Origin: a virus
Length of the DNA: 64,000 nt
IMG/VR virus record: IMGVR_UViG_3300022074_000019
Location: 13,924-77,923 of that record
Strand: one strand, 5' to 3'
The notes below the pieces were generated by a model. The model had not been told where the DNA came from, searched no databases, and was given only the letters and a program-made list of their open reading frames with translations. A program made the position numbers and the translations under genes. Of the stretch, positions 9,131 to 18,025 are shown in pieces; the stretch's first letter is position 1, and each line of letters begins with the position of its first letter.

Positions 9131-9322
9131 ATGTCTAACGTAATGATTCGTGGTCTCATGAAAGTCCACAAAGATAACCGTCGTGCTAGCAATGAGCAGG
9201 CACGCGAACTCAACCATCTTCGCAGTCGCTCCTACCGTGGAGTTCCTACTAAGAACACCAACTGGATTACCGCTGATGTTCACGGTAATTTTGTTTATCG
9301 TGGTGTTGCTTACACCAAATGA
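9131..9322 (+). CDS. DUF4278-like peptide (YRG repeats)
   Basis: GGAGG SD; SYRGV and VYRGVAY motifs. Confidence 0.8.
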   Translation: MSNVMIRGLMKVHKDNRRASNEQARELNHLRSRSYRGVPTKNTNWITADVHGNFVYRGVAYTK

Positions 9323-9325
9323 AAT

Positions 9326-9348
9326 AGCCGGCTAACGCCGGCTTTTTT
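9326..9348 (+). terminator. Intrinsic terminator built from the TAAC hairpin
   Basis: AGCCGGC-TAAC-GCCGGCT plus T-tract between convergent genes. Confidence 0.75.
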
Positions 9349-9356
9349 CTACTTTT

Positions 9357-9668
9357 TTATGAATAAAGATCTTCGTAGATATCGTCACTCATTTTAGGTC
9401 TAAAGGATTCACTCATTTGTTTATCCTGTCCAATTTCTCTATAGCGTTCTTGCTGAATACCAATACCTGGACTCTGCCCACCAGTGCCAGGTGTACGAAT
9501 CTCTGTACGCTTTGGACCATTGGCTGCATAAGCTTGCCTACCATTCCAAGCACGAGCTTTCTTAAGAGCTTGACGTTGTTTACTTACAGCACCTGTACGT
9601 GTCAATGAATCTTTATCTTGATCAGAGACACGCCGTAAGTCAGTTTTTTCAGTGCGGAACCCTGCCAC
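9357..9668 (-). CDS. Hypothetical protein
   Basis: 103-aa ORF ending the minus-strand operon. Confidence 0.55.
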   Translation of the reverse strand: MAGFRTEKTDLRRVSDQDKDSLTRTGAVSKQRQALKKARAWNGRQAYAANGPKRTEIRTPGTGGQSPGIGIQQERYREIGQDKQMSESFRPKMSDDIYEDLYS

Positions 9669-9864
9669 TACGTCTTACCATTGCTTTCTCTTCCATTGTA
9701 AGAGGTTCTTTTGCATTGGGCTCAGCATAAAAACACACAATCCAATCTGAATCGCGTGACAATAATTCATCCTGCATGGCCTCTTCTAGCATGCTTAGAG
9801 CTGCTAGTTGATGAGGCTCCTGGTAGTACTTAAAAATGTCTCTCAAAGATATCTTTGCTTTCAC
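9649..9864 (-). CDS. Stand-alone homologue of the endolysin N-terminal domain
   Basis: FKYY.E.HQ.AA...L...SDW shared with the N-terminus of 14827-15594. Confidence 0.6.
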   Translation of the reverse strand: MKAKISLRDIFKYYQEPHQLAALSMLEEAMQDELLSRDSDWIVCFYAEPNAKEPLTMEEKAMVRRSGRVPH

Positions 9865-10121
9865 TGGAGACCAATCGTTGTTTGAAGCTCTTTAACTGCA
9901 ACAGCTACAGGTTGAAGCACACTGACCATCTTCTTAGGGACTTCACGGTCAATCACCTGCACCACACCTTCAAGACGCTCAAAGCGGTCTTTATCTTCCA
10001 CAACAATTAGCTCAACACGCTGTTCAAGATTATTCAATTTCTCGTCAAGCTTTTTAGCACGCAGGTGAGCAAAGGGGATACTCAATGCAATAGCAAAGAG
10101 AGAACTAACTACGTATTCCAT
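9861..10121 (-). CDS. Membrane-anchored coiled-coil protein
   Basis: Hydrophobic N-terminus followed by coiled coil. Confidence 0.5.
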   Translation of the reverse strand: MEYVVSSLFAIALSIPFAHLRAKKLDEKLNNLEQRVELIVVEDKDRFERLEGVVQVIDREVPKKMVSVLQPVAVAVKELQTTIGLQ

Positions 10122-10156
10122 CTATCTATTTTGAACTAATTGAAGTCTAATACAAA

Positions 10157-10486
10157 TCACATCATCATGAGACCATCGTTGTCGATGTCATCGTCTTCCC
10201 AACCTGGGTCCATAATATCGGTGGGCATATTGTCATCTTCTGACTGCATCTTCAGCAGTTCAATGAATGTTTCTTCTGAAAGAATTTCAGGTAATCCTTC
10301 TTGCTTCTCTTCAATTTTGAAAACAACTCCGTTCTGAAGAAGCACATTCTGGACGCCGTTCTTCTGCTGCATGCGGGACTTGAGAAGTTTAACTGCAGTT
10401 CGCTCTAGTTCGTGCCGGCTCATACGAGATACTTCATATCGCGCACGCTGTAGTGCAAACCGTTGTTCTATCGTCAAATCCTTCAT
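10157..10486 (-). CDS. nblA: NblA-like phycobilisome degradation protein with acidic tail
   Basis: LTIEQRFAL...VSRMSRHEL...L...MQQKN resembles the NblA pattern LxLEQxF...MS.EQ. Confidence 0.6.
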   Translation of the reverse strand: MKDLTIEQRFALQRARYEVSRMSRHELERTAVKLLKSRMQQKNGVQNVLLQNGVVFKIEEKQEGLPEILSEETFIELLKMQSEDDNMPTDIMDPGWEDDDIDNDGLMMM

Positions 10487-10832
10487 TCTCTAAATCCTCT
10501 GCAACAATACGTTCGTTGGCGATCCACTCTTCGATCAATTCTTTGGCAATAGTGTTGTAAAACTCTTGCCGTTGATACCACACTAGCCAATTTTCACTAC
10601 CTTTGTCGTGATTACAACTTCGGCAGCATGGAAGTAAGTTAGATCGAAGGCTACTACCCCCTGCGGATTTGGGTTTTATGTGATCAAGAGTGGTGGCTCT
10701 ATTCTCACGGCAGTAAGCACAAAGACCGCCAAAAGCATATTTAAGTTCTTGACGGAATTGACGCTTGGCGGAGCCTTTATTGAGGCACTGGAGAGAGAAC
10801 ATAAGTTCCTTCCAGTCTTCTGCGTAACCCAT
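10434..10832 (-). CDS. HNH endonuclease
   Basis: CAYC...DHIKPKSAGG...N...CCRSCNHDKG. Confidence 0.9.
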   Translation of the reverse strand: MGYAEDWKELMFSLQCLNKGSAKRQFRQELKYAFGGLCAYCRENRATTLDHIKPKSAGGSSLRSNLLPCCRSCNHDKGSENWLVWYQRQEFYNTIAKELIEEWIANERIVAEDLENEGFDDRTTVCTTACAI

Positions 10833-10861
10833 AGAGTTGTTATTAGCAACTTGGTTACAGT

Positions 10862-11137
10862 CTAATTGTCACTAGAGTCTTTAGAAGTATTCGTTCTATC
10901 TGATACATATGAAACACCCATTTCTCCACCTAGTGGTGTTTCACCTTGCTGTTTTTCCCAAAATTCCCACTCAGCTTCGTAAGCTTCTTCAGTCGCAGCA
11001 AGATACTCCTCCACAGCACTGTCCATTTTGTGTGGAAGAGTTGAGTAAAATTTTTCTCTATCTATTGCTCTTTTTATGTCGTCAGCAATGCTTCGGCTGT
11101 TGTAATGCCATAGCCATTTGCCATCAGGGGGTATCAA
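10862..11137 (-). CDS. Hypothetical protein
   Basis: Coupled to the upstream ORF. Confidence 0.5.
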   Translation of the reverse strand: MIPPDGKWLWHYNSRSIADDIKRAIDREKFYSTLPHKMDSAVEEYLAATEEAYEAEWEFWEKQQGETPLGGEMGVSYVSDRTNTSKDSSDN

Positions 11138-11283
11138 CCCTTTTTTACAGAAGAGGGCTTAATAGCATTCAGCGCTTGAATCAACAGTTGAATAACACTG
11201 TTTGAGCGCAGAGGTGTAAGAGCAATAATTTCACTGGCAGCAGCGACAACGATCCAGAAGATCGGGCTTGCAAGTACTTCCAT
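11134..11283 (-). CDS. Small membrane protein (possible holin), not in ORF track
   Basis: MEVLASPIFWIVVAAASEIIALTPLRSNSVIQLLIQALNAIKPSSVKKG; TAGAAT -10 upstream. Confidence 0.55.
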   Translation of the reverse strand: MEVLASPIFWIVVAAASEIIALTPLRSNSVIQLLIQALNAIKPSSVKKG

Positions 11284-11315
11284 AACTATGTATCAATAAC
11301 TGTCCTTATTCTAAC

Positions 11316-11427
11316 TACCACGCTAACCACACTAAACCACGTAAGTTTCTATATACCTATTCTTTTATTCCTTCTACTTAGGTTTTAATTAAGCAGTTTA
11401 TAGGGACTAGTGTGGTAACTGCGGTTT
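11316..11427 (-). repeat. Iteron/AT-rich element copy A (putative replication origin)
   Basis: Three CCAC (11318, 11327, 11337) and GTGG/GCGG (11412, 11421) flank an AT-rich core; homologous to copies B and C. Confidence 0.65.
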
Positions 11428-12205
11428 ACTGTAGTTTTTGCAGCTGCTCGTATTTATCTTCTAGCAGGATGTGGCCGTATTGAGCTGTCATTCCTGCAGG
11501 AACATGACCAATAATCGAGGCAGCAATGCTGTATTCAATTCCCGCTTTACGCATTCGTGTTGCGATGTTGTGCCTAATGCCGTGAGCTGAGTGACCACAG
11601 CGCCGTTTCATGTAGCGACTGAAGTAATCACCCGCCTTAGGGTTAGTGTTAAAAGGGAAATTTTCGATAAATCTACGGTACTTATGATGGATAGGCACTT
11701 CTCGCCGGCTGGGCTCATTCTTGATTCCACGTACTTCATTATCGATAATGCTGAAGTGTGGGCATGGGTGATTTAAAATAATATCTTCTGGTTTCAAGCA
11801 GGCCAGCTCATTCACTCTGAAGCCGTGATACCACAGTCCCATAAAGAGTGGATGTTCTGTTAGTCCAACCTCTTCGTAATAACTAAGAGGAAGAAACGGA
11901 TATTTTTTCTTTCCTCGCTTTAATCCTTTCAATGATCCTCGCCACGGATTATCGTCAACAATTTCCATTTGCTCGTAGCCAATTTGCCAAATGGTTCCGC
12001 AGTACCCCAGTTGCGTTCTCACATAGCTCTGCTTGTATCCCAAATTGTTCAGCTGTGCTCGTCGAAGGTTGACAAATTTTTTGTCCACTTCTTCAACCGG
12101 TTTGTCTTCAAAACCTCTGATTGCGTACTGCCATCCCCTGAGCGTGGCAGGAGCAACAGGCTGATAGCCCGCAACCGCTTCCATCAGTTCTTGTGTTGTG
12201 AGCAT
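11426..12205 (-). CDS. Tyrosine recombinase/integrase
   Basis: Catalytic set intact: GFR, KN, HGIR, IIGH, QY. Confidence 0.9.
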   Translation of the reverse strand: MLTTQELMEAVAGYQPVAPATLRGWQYAIRGFEDKPVEEVDKKFVNLRRAQLNNLGYKQSYVRTQLGYCGTIWQIGYEQMEIVDDNPWRGSLKGLKRGKKKYPFLPLSYYEEVGLTEHPLFMGLWYHGFRVNELACLKPEDIILNHPCPHFSIIDNEVRGIKNEPSRREVPIHHKYRRFIENFPFNTNPKAGDYFSRYMKRRCGHSAHGIRHNIATRMRKAGIEYSIAASIIGHVPAGMTAQYGHILLEDKYEQLQKLQ

Positions 12206-12569
12206 AGTCAGATATAAGTAACGCCAATACTGTTCTACCTTGACTCGTCCGCTTTCGTGGGTTTACCTTGAGGGGTCACCCCTGCGGGTGTTGTGTAATG
12301 GTAAGAACGTAGTACTGACGAGGGTTCTGAGTCTACAATACACTTCGAAAAACGTCAATTTATTGGCTTCTGGTTAATTTGTAGTTGTGACGAAAGCAAC
12401 ACTTTTTATTAATGCAAACGTTGCTTTTTTGACGTTAATATAATAGTGATCCCCGAAGAAGAACTACGTCAGGGGTGCCATCGGGAACCAAAGTTGTGGG
12501 GTTTTTTGTAGTTTCCACCCATGTAATTGAATCCCCTGCCGACTGATCATTGGTGGGGGATCCCTTTTA

Positions 12570-12809
12570 TTATTTGCTAATAATATTCTTGTAAAAGTTT
12601 GCCTTCTTTTTCATTTTAGGTGTAGCATCAGGATCATTCAGCACTTTATTTGCAAAGGCCTTTCGTCCAGCTGGGGTGTCTGGGTGACCTGCTTTCGTAG
12701 CAGCTGCAGTAAACGTCCCCTTTGTTCCACCTTTTTTGCGGTGCGACATTTTTTCAAATGCTGCCTTGAGTCGATCGCCAGCTTTACGCATTTTTCTTTT
12801 TCTTCTCAA
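12570..12809 (-). CDS. Small basic protein
   Basis: Lys-rich; KGTFTAAA...MKKKANF. Confidence 0.55.
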   Translation of the reverse strand: MRRKRKMRKAGDRLKAAFEKMSHRKKGGTKGTFTAAATKAGHPDTPAGRKAFANKVLNDPDATPKMKKKANFYKNIISK

Positions 12810-12972
12810 AATGCTTACGCAGTTGCGGAGGCATCTTTGAAGTGTCCGTATCTTTTACATCAATCTTGCCATCTTTATTGGTGTCCTTCTTTGTAGAATC
12901 AGCTTCTTCTTTCTTTTTATCAAAGAATGCCTGAGCCTTTTCTTTTGCTTTAGAGCGATTATTGTTAGACAT
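12784..12972 (-). CDS. Small basic protein with EF-hand-like DTNKDGKID
   Basis: Own TACAAT -10 box. Confidence 0.55.
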   Translation of the reverse strand: MSNNNRSKAKEKAQAFFDKKKEEADSTKKDTNKDGKIDVKDTDTSKMPPQLRKHFEKKKKNA

Positions 12973-13007
12973 TGATAATCTGCAGTGCTGTTCTAATTGT
13001 AATAAAA

Positions 13008-13262
13008 TTAACGACGATACTTCGCAGTCTTTTTAGCAACATCATCTGGCTGTTTGCTGAACTGTTTGCCTTTGCGAGCTGCTGCACGTTTTTTAGCAGT
13101 GCTCCTGGCGTATTCCTTATCAGACAATGCTTCTCGTGCTTTTTTAGGCAGATAACGCTCACCTGTAGCATTTTTGCCTTGAGTACTATTTTTGCCAGAT
13201 TTAGTGCCCCAGTCTTCCTTGGTCCAACTATCTAATGATTTTTGTGATTCACGCTTAGCCAT
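13008..13262 (-). CDS. DUF5872-like C-terminal half
   Basis: QKSLDSWTKEDW.TKSG...ERYLPKKA. Confidence 0.6.
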   Translation of the reverse strand: MAKRESQKSLDSWTKEDWGTKSGKNSTQGKNATGERYLPKKAREALSDKEYARSTAKKRAAARKGKQFSKQPDDVAKKTAKYRR

Positions 13263-13474
13263 TAGTCTTTATAGCCTCCACCTTTTGCTTTGTATTCTTT
13301 GGCCATCATTTGGGCTTTACGAGCAGACCATTGCCCAGGTTTGCCGCCTTTGCTGCCAGCTTTGATGCGATTAAAAATCTGCTTGCGTAAACCAGGCTTG
13401 GTGTAGTTACCTGCCTCATTGACTCGGGATTTAGCTTTTGCTTTTGCTTTCGATCTGGATTCAGCAGACATCAC
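13262..13474 (-). CDS. DUF5872-like N-terminal half
   Basis: YTKPGLR...KGGKPGQWSARKAQ...EYK.KGGGY. Confidence 0.65.
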   Translation of the reverse strand: MMSAESRSKAKAKAKSRVNEAGNYTKPGLRKQIFNRIKAGSKGGKPGQWSARKAQMMAKEYKAKGGGYKD

Positions 13475-14058
13475 ATGTTCTCCTTAAGTTTAGTTAGACG
13501 CAAGGCTTGCTTTTTGTGTTTGTCAGATGCGCCATGAAGCTGCTCGATAATTTCTGACATTTCACTATTAACATCAGATTCGTCAGCTGATTTATGCATT
13601 TCTTCTTCTGGTGACATTTTATCTTCAATTGGACCACCATGAATCCAAGCGTCACAGGTGCGATCACCTGCACATTTAAATTTGAACAGTTGGCAATAAC
13701 CTAAATTTGCATGCTCAATAACATGCCGAGGATCAACATAAGGTTCTTCTTCTGTTCCAATACCTCCGCCAATGCAGCACATCACCTTCCAAGTTTGATC
13801 AAAGGCTCCACAGTTGCCACACCGAGCAGACATTGCTTCACAGATGTCTGTCTTAAACAGATCTGCTTTCTGTTGCCAAAACTCTTCGTTTGGATAGTCA
13901 GGATTCAAAGGACCGTAATTAAAATTCTCAATGGTCCAATTCCTATTTTTTGTATTTTCATGCACATCCGTGGTTGCCAACGGGCATGATTCTTTGTGAT
14001 AAGTTACATGTTTACCAAGCATTGCTTGGGCTTGTCTTTCAGAATAATCCATTACCAC
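13471..14058 (-). CDS. Cys-rich hypothetical protein
   Basis: CGNC...GYC...FKC...TCDAW. Confidence 0.6.
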   Translation of the reverse strand: MVMDYSERQAQAMLGKHVTYHKESCPLATTDVHENTKNRNWTIENFNYGPLNPDYPNEEFWQQKADLFKTDICEAMSARCGNCGAFDQTWKVMCCIGGGIGTEEEPYVDPRHVIEHANLGYCQLFKFKCAGDRTCDAWIHGGPIEDKMSPEEEMHKSADESDVNSEMSEIIEQLHGASDKHKKQALRLTKLKENM

Positions 14059-14327
14059 TTCACCTTATGTGACCAATAACGTGCAGACAATTTACTGGGC
14101 TTTGAATCTTGTGCATTGTGTCGAGCGTAGTAAGACTTTTTGCGTGCCTTATCTTTGGCCGACTTAGGATTTTTACCAGCACCTTTTACGCCCTGTTGAC
14201 CAAAACGAATCAACTTTTCAGTGCTGCCTACTTTTGCAAGTACTGCATGGGATTTTTTCGGATGATTAGGTGTACGTTTTGGCTTATTATAGCCAGAAAA
14301 AACTTCACCCGCTTTACGAATAGCCAT
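14052..14327 (-). CDS. Small basic protein
   Basis: KLIRFGQQG...YARH...SARYWS..W pattern common in marine phages. Confidence 0.6.
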   Translation of the reverse strand: MAIRKAGEVFSGYNKPKRTPNHPKKSHAVLAKVGSTEKLIRFGQQGVKGAGKNPKSAKDKARKKSYYARHNAQDSKPSKLSARYWSHKVKW

Positions 14328-14348
14328 GCTATTGCTTACGCTACTACC

Positions 14349-14492
14349 CTATTTTAGCGGCTCTAAAGGATCATCTTTGCCAGCACAGATAGCAACTGCT
14401 CGCTTGTAAAACATATTATCTCGTTTCTCTTCTGGAAGGGTTTCAAAATACTCTTTTACTTTTTCCCAATTGGTAAGTTCGTCTGGAGACAT
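14349..14492 (-). CDS. Small hypothetical protein, not in ORF track
   Basis: MSPDELTNWEKVKEYFETLPEEKRDNMFYKRAVAICAGKDDPLEPLK; TAATG coupling to the upstream ORF. Confidence 0.6.
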   Translation of the reverse strand: MSPDELTNWEKVKEYFETLPEEKRDNMFYKRAVAICAGKDDPLEPLK

Positions 14493-14761
14493 TATTCAGT
14501 AGAGGCAAGGAACTCCATCTCGGCATGCATTTGATCACTAAGAGAAGACACCTGCGCACAGGCACCAAGAATTAATCCACGTTGATTTGGTGTCAGTTTA
14601 GCGTCAATAGCATCTTCTGATAGGACAGCAGCAATGTCTCCAAGAGACATAATAATTGCAGGCAAACCCCACTTTTCCACCAATCCATGCATAACTGAAA
14701 GAAGTGGATTATCACCACTTTCAATTGCATCCCAAAATTCTTGGCGTTCCTCGTTCGTCAT
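14492..14761 (-). CDS. Hypothetical protein
   Basis: TAGAAT -10 upstream. Confidence 0.6.
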   Translation of the reverse strand: MTNEERQEFWDAIESGDNPLLSVMHGLVEKWGLPAIIMSLGDIAAVLSEDAIDAKLTPNQRGLILGACAQVSSLSDQMHAEMEFLASTE

Positions 14762-14826
14762 TAATTACATCCAAGGGTTGCTTACATTCTACAAGTTAGA
14801 ATTGTGGTATACGATTTAGAATCAAT

Positions 14827-15594
14827 ATGGCCAAACTAACCTTAGAAACATTTAAAAACTTTTTCAAGTATTACAACGAAGAAGAGCATCAAATTCGTGC
14901 CATTGAAGAATTATATTCTGGATTAGAAGGCAATGTTTGCACTGTCTATCTTGATGATCAAAGTGATTGGGTTCTGAAGTACCGAAATAAAGTTAAACAA
15001 CCCACTGAGTCTATTCCAGAAAAACAGTGGCCAATTACTAAAAATCAAATGGCAAGTATTATGGGATGTAAATCCAGCAGCTTGTCAGATGAATTAATGA
15101 ATGACTTTGCTCGTTGTGTTGATCTCTACGACATGGATCTTAAGAGCATTGCATATTTTCTTGGCCAGTGTGCTCATGAAAGTGCAGGACTTAAGTGTGA
15201 CGTAGAAATTCATGATGGATCAAACTACGAATGGCGTAGAGATTTAGGCAATATTTATCCCGGTGATGGTGTCAAGTTTGCTGGAACTGGCTGGATTCAA
15301 GTAACCGGACGTTATAACCATCAGGCTTTCTCTGATTATCTACAAAAGAAAGGTGAGTACGATTCTAAAATTATGGAAGTTGGCAAAACCCACACCAGTA
15401 AAAAATACCCGTGGTCAATTAGCGGGCATTGGTGGTATAACAACAAGTTGAACGAATATTGTCAAAGCAATCCACCCGTCGACCGTGTGGGTCAGCGGGT
15501 GAATGGTCGTTATTTACCTAACGGCTATGAAGCACGTAGACACTACAGCAAAGCATCTTTCGATGTGCTTGGACTACAGTATCCAGGGAACTGA
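14827..15594 (+). CDS. Endolysin, GH19 (chitinase-like) family
   Basis: FLGQCAHES...GDGVKFAGTGWIQVTGRYN...VNG. Confidence 0.9.
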   Translation: MAKLTLETFKNFFKYYNEEEHQIRAIEELYSGLEGNVCTVYLDDQSDWVLKYRNKVKQPTESIPEKQWPITKNQMASIMGCKSSSLSDELMNDFARCVDLYDMDLKSIAYFLGQCAHESAGLKCDVEIHDGSNYEWRRDLGNIYPGDGVKFAGTGWIQVTGRYNHQAFSDYLQKKGEYDSKIMEVGKTHTSKKYPWSISGHWWYNNKLNEYCQSNPPVDRVGQRVNGRYLPNGYEARRHYSKASFDVLGLQYPGN

Positions 15595-15765
15595 TCACTC
15601 AGACGTTTCTTCTTTTTCGACTTCTTCTTCAGGACTAAACTCAAGAGTTTCAATCAGTCGCTGAAGATAGGAAGCGGAGAACTGCTGAAGTTTTCCGTCA
15701 CCAGTTGATCGAGCGGCGGCGTAAGAGTTGATCGCTTCTACCAATTCAGATTGTTTGCAGGACAT
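15595..15765 (-). CDS. Small hypothetical protein, not in ORF track
   Basis: MSCKQSELVEAINSYAAARSTGD... with acidic tail. Confidence 0.55.
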   Translation of the reverse strand: MSCKQSELVEAINSYAAARSTGDGKLQQFSASYLQRLIETLEFSPEEEVEKEETSE

Positions 15766-15795
15766 TTCTATAGATTAATCAAGTTTTAATCTAAC

Positions 15796-15819
15796 AAAAA
15801 GCCCCAGTTAAGGGGCTTT
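15796..15819 (-). terminator. Intrinsic terminator after the tail fibre gene
   Basis: Minus strand AAAGCCCC-TTAACT-GGGGCTTTTT. Confidence 0.7.
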
Positions 15820-15842
15820 GGCTGCAGGGTTTATCACAATAA

Positions 15843-17990
15843 TCAAGCAATGCCAGCATCCACTAAGCGGCGCTCAAGAGCTTCAACCTTAGCGATTGTT
15901 TCTTGCAGAGCAGCAGTAAGCAGTGGCACTAATTTGCCTGGATCGATACCTTGTGGAGAAATAATTGACTTTGTTTCTGTAACTGCTTCAGTCAAAACGT
16001 TACCATCTTCGTCCAAAACTGCTGGCGTTACTTCGACTTCTTGCTCTTCCATCGCATCTTTTTCGCCAAACACTGCTTCTGGAACGACGTCAGACAGTTC
16101 GTGAGCAATGAAGCCATCAATAGTTTGACCGGGTTCTGCAATAAAGTTAAATCGACAAGGTGTCAATAACTTAAAGCGATCAATACCATCCGATAGACTT
16201 GTCACATTTTCCTTCAAACGATAATCTGAAGTAGTGACAAAAGTAGCGTTTGACGTTGTGACATCAATTCTGCCAACTTGCGTTCCACTACGGAAAAATC
16301 TTATAAGATTTCCATTCGAGTTTCTATTACAAAAGAGGGAAGCCTGAGTGCTTCTTGATATAAATAATGACGTTCCGGTGCTGTTTTTTTCAAAATTTGC
16401 ACCAATTGTTGTGTTATTAAAGCCGGGGACAGAAGACGAATTTTGATGGATAAGTATGTGGCCGCTCGAGCTTATGCGCATCTGTTCCGCAGGCGTATTG
16501 CTTGCGGATGTATAAAACTCCAGATCGGCATAGTTTCCTGCTGTATCTTGACGTGATTTAATTGCTGCTGTTCGCGCAAAATCATTGCCACCGCCGTTGT
16601 TTGGGGTGAGGTAAAGAGCAACGTTTGTATTAACACCTGAGCCTGTGTTTTGGATGCACATTGTGCCTCCTTGACCGCCTGAGTTAATGCCTCGCGCCGT
16701 TACTTGAGCGATTGGGCTACCCGTCCCAATACCAACGTTGCCATTAGAAGCGATGCGCACTCTTTCGCCACCATTGACAACTGCACGAAAATCATTACTT
16801 AATGTTTGTAAGTAAGTAGTACTTGTAGTTCCCGAATCTGCAAAATGTAATTTACATGAACCACCCGTTGTAGTAAGAGATAATACATCCCCCCCACTCG
16901 CAACAATATCTAATTGGCTACTCGGGTTACTCGTGCCAATACCAACCTTGCCGGTGGCACCGATGCGCATTCTTTCTTGGCCGCCGTCGTTGTTAGTGGC
17001 GTCACCATGGGTTCTCGTAAAGAACGCTAGATCTGCACCACTAGAGCCACCTTTGCGTATGGCACTAATTTTTGCATTCTTATTACCAGGCCCGCCACTA
17101 CCGCTTACTCTAAACTCGATGCTTCCATATAGATCACCGTTGTTGGGGGCTGAACTAAAGATACTTATTCTTTGATCAGTATCAGATGCACTACCTACTG
17201 TAAGTTTTGTTGCAGGGGCAGCCGTGCCAATACCAACGTTGCCGCTGGTGCCGACAATCCTGAATCTTTCAGTCCCGCGAGTATTCAGAATAAAACTGCT
17301 CTGCGAACTGGTGGCGGCATCATCTACATTTAAAGCAACGTTACCAGCACTACTGTTTGCATTAATATCAAAATGAACGTTTGTAGTTGTGTCCGTAAAA
17401 CGCATTTGCGGATTTGAACTACTTAAATGTAATGTTTTAAGAGGATCAGCCGTGCCAATACCGACGTTGCCACTGGAATCGATGCGCACCCGTTCGGTTA
17501 CGGATGAATTTGCAGAGGAAGTGCCGAAAGCAATCTCGCCATCATCTTCATTTGCCGAATCGAGACCGTTGCGGAAATCGATTCTAGAGACGGTGTTACC
17601 GTTCCACTGTCCAAGAATCTGACCACCAATCACATCAGAACTTCTGGCGTTGTCTACCGAAAATTTTGCGGAGCTGTTAGCCGTAGCCCTAGCAAGAATA
17701 GTAGGACTAGTATCTACGACTTCAATCTTTTCTGAAGGACTGTTCGTCCCAATACCAACGTTCCCACCTGTCACGTTGACGCCAGCAGAGAACTCACACG
17801 TTCCAGTAACTGGGTCATTACTTGAATCAAGTTTTAGAAAACGAGCGTCAAGTGTAGTTAGTCCGGTAGCTTGAAAAGATCCAGACCAGAATCCATTAGG
17901 TGGTGTGCCTACATAAGTGTAAATAACACCGTTATCTGCTTCAAACGTTTGTCCGTTAGATGTTGCAGTAGGAAAATTAATCTGGGCCAT
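15843..17990 (-). CDS. Tail fibre/spike with C-terminal S74 intramolecular chaperone
   Basis: Multiple GNVGIGT repeats; TSDYRLKEN...GFIAHE...LVPLL. Confidence 0.9.
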   Translation of the reverse strand: MAQINFPTATSNGQTFEADNGVIYTYVGTPPNGFWSGSFQATGLTTLDARFLKLDSSNDPVTGTCEFSAGVNVTGGNVGIGTNSPSEKIEVVDTSPTILARATANSSAKFSVDNARSSDVIGGQILGQWNGNTVSRIDFRNGLDSANEDDGEIAFGTSSANSSVTERVRIDSSGNVGIGTADPLKTLHLSSSNPQMRFTDTTTNVHFDINANSSAGNVALNVDDAATSSQSSFILNTRGTERFRIVGTSGNVGIGTAAPATKLTVGSASDTDQRISIFSSAPNNGDLYGSIEFRVSGSGGPGNKNAKISAIRKGGSSGADLAFFTRTHGDATNNDGGQERMRIGATGKVGIGTSNPSSQLDIVASGGDVLSLTTTGGSCKLHFADSGTTSTTYLQTLSNDFRAVVNGGERVRIASNGNVGIGTGSPIAQVTARGINSGGQGGTMCIQNTGSGVNTNVALYLTPNNGGGNDFARTAAIKSRQDTAGNYADLEFYTSASNTPAEQMRISSSGHILIHQNSSSVPGFNNTTIGANFEKNSTGTSLFISRSTQASLFCNRNSNGNLIRFFRSGTQVGRIDVTTSNATFVTTSDYRLKENVTSLSDGIDRFKLLTPCRFNFIAEPGQTIDGFIAHELSDVVPEAVFGEKDAMEEQEVEVTPAVLDEDGNVLTEAVTETKSIISPQGIDPGKLVPLLTAALQETIAKVEALERRLVDAGIA

Positions 17991-18025
17991 TTCTGTTTCC
18001 TTTAGATACTTCTATTGTATTGAAA

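Noticed and set aside
12284-12345. tRNA-Gly gene
   Set aside because: Only the 5' part and a T-loop-like stretch resemble tRNA; D-stem mismatched, no anticodon arm or acceptor 3' strand.
12316-12440. Hammerhead ribozyme (CTGACGA...GAAA)
   Set aside because: Stem II is poor and the stem III/NUH geometry does not fit.
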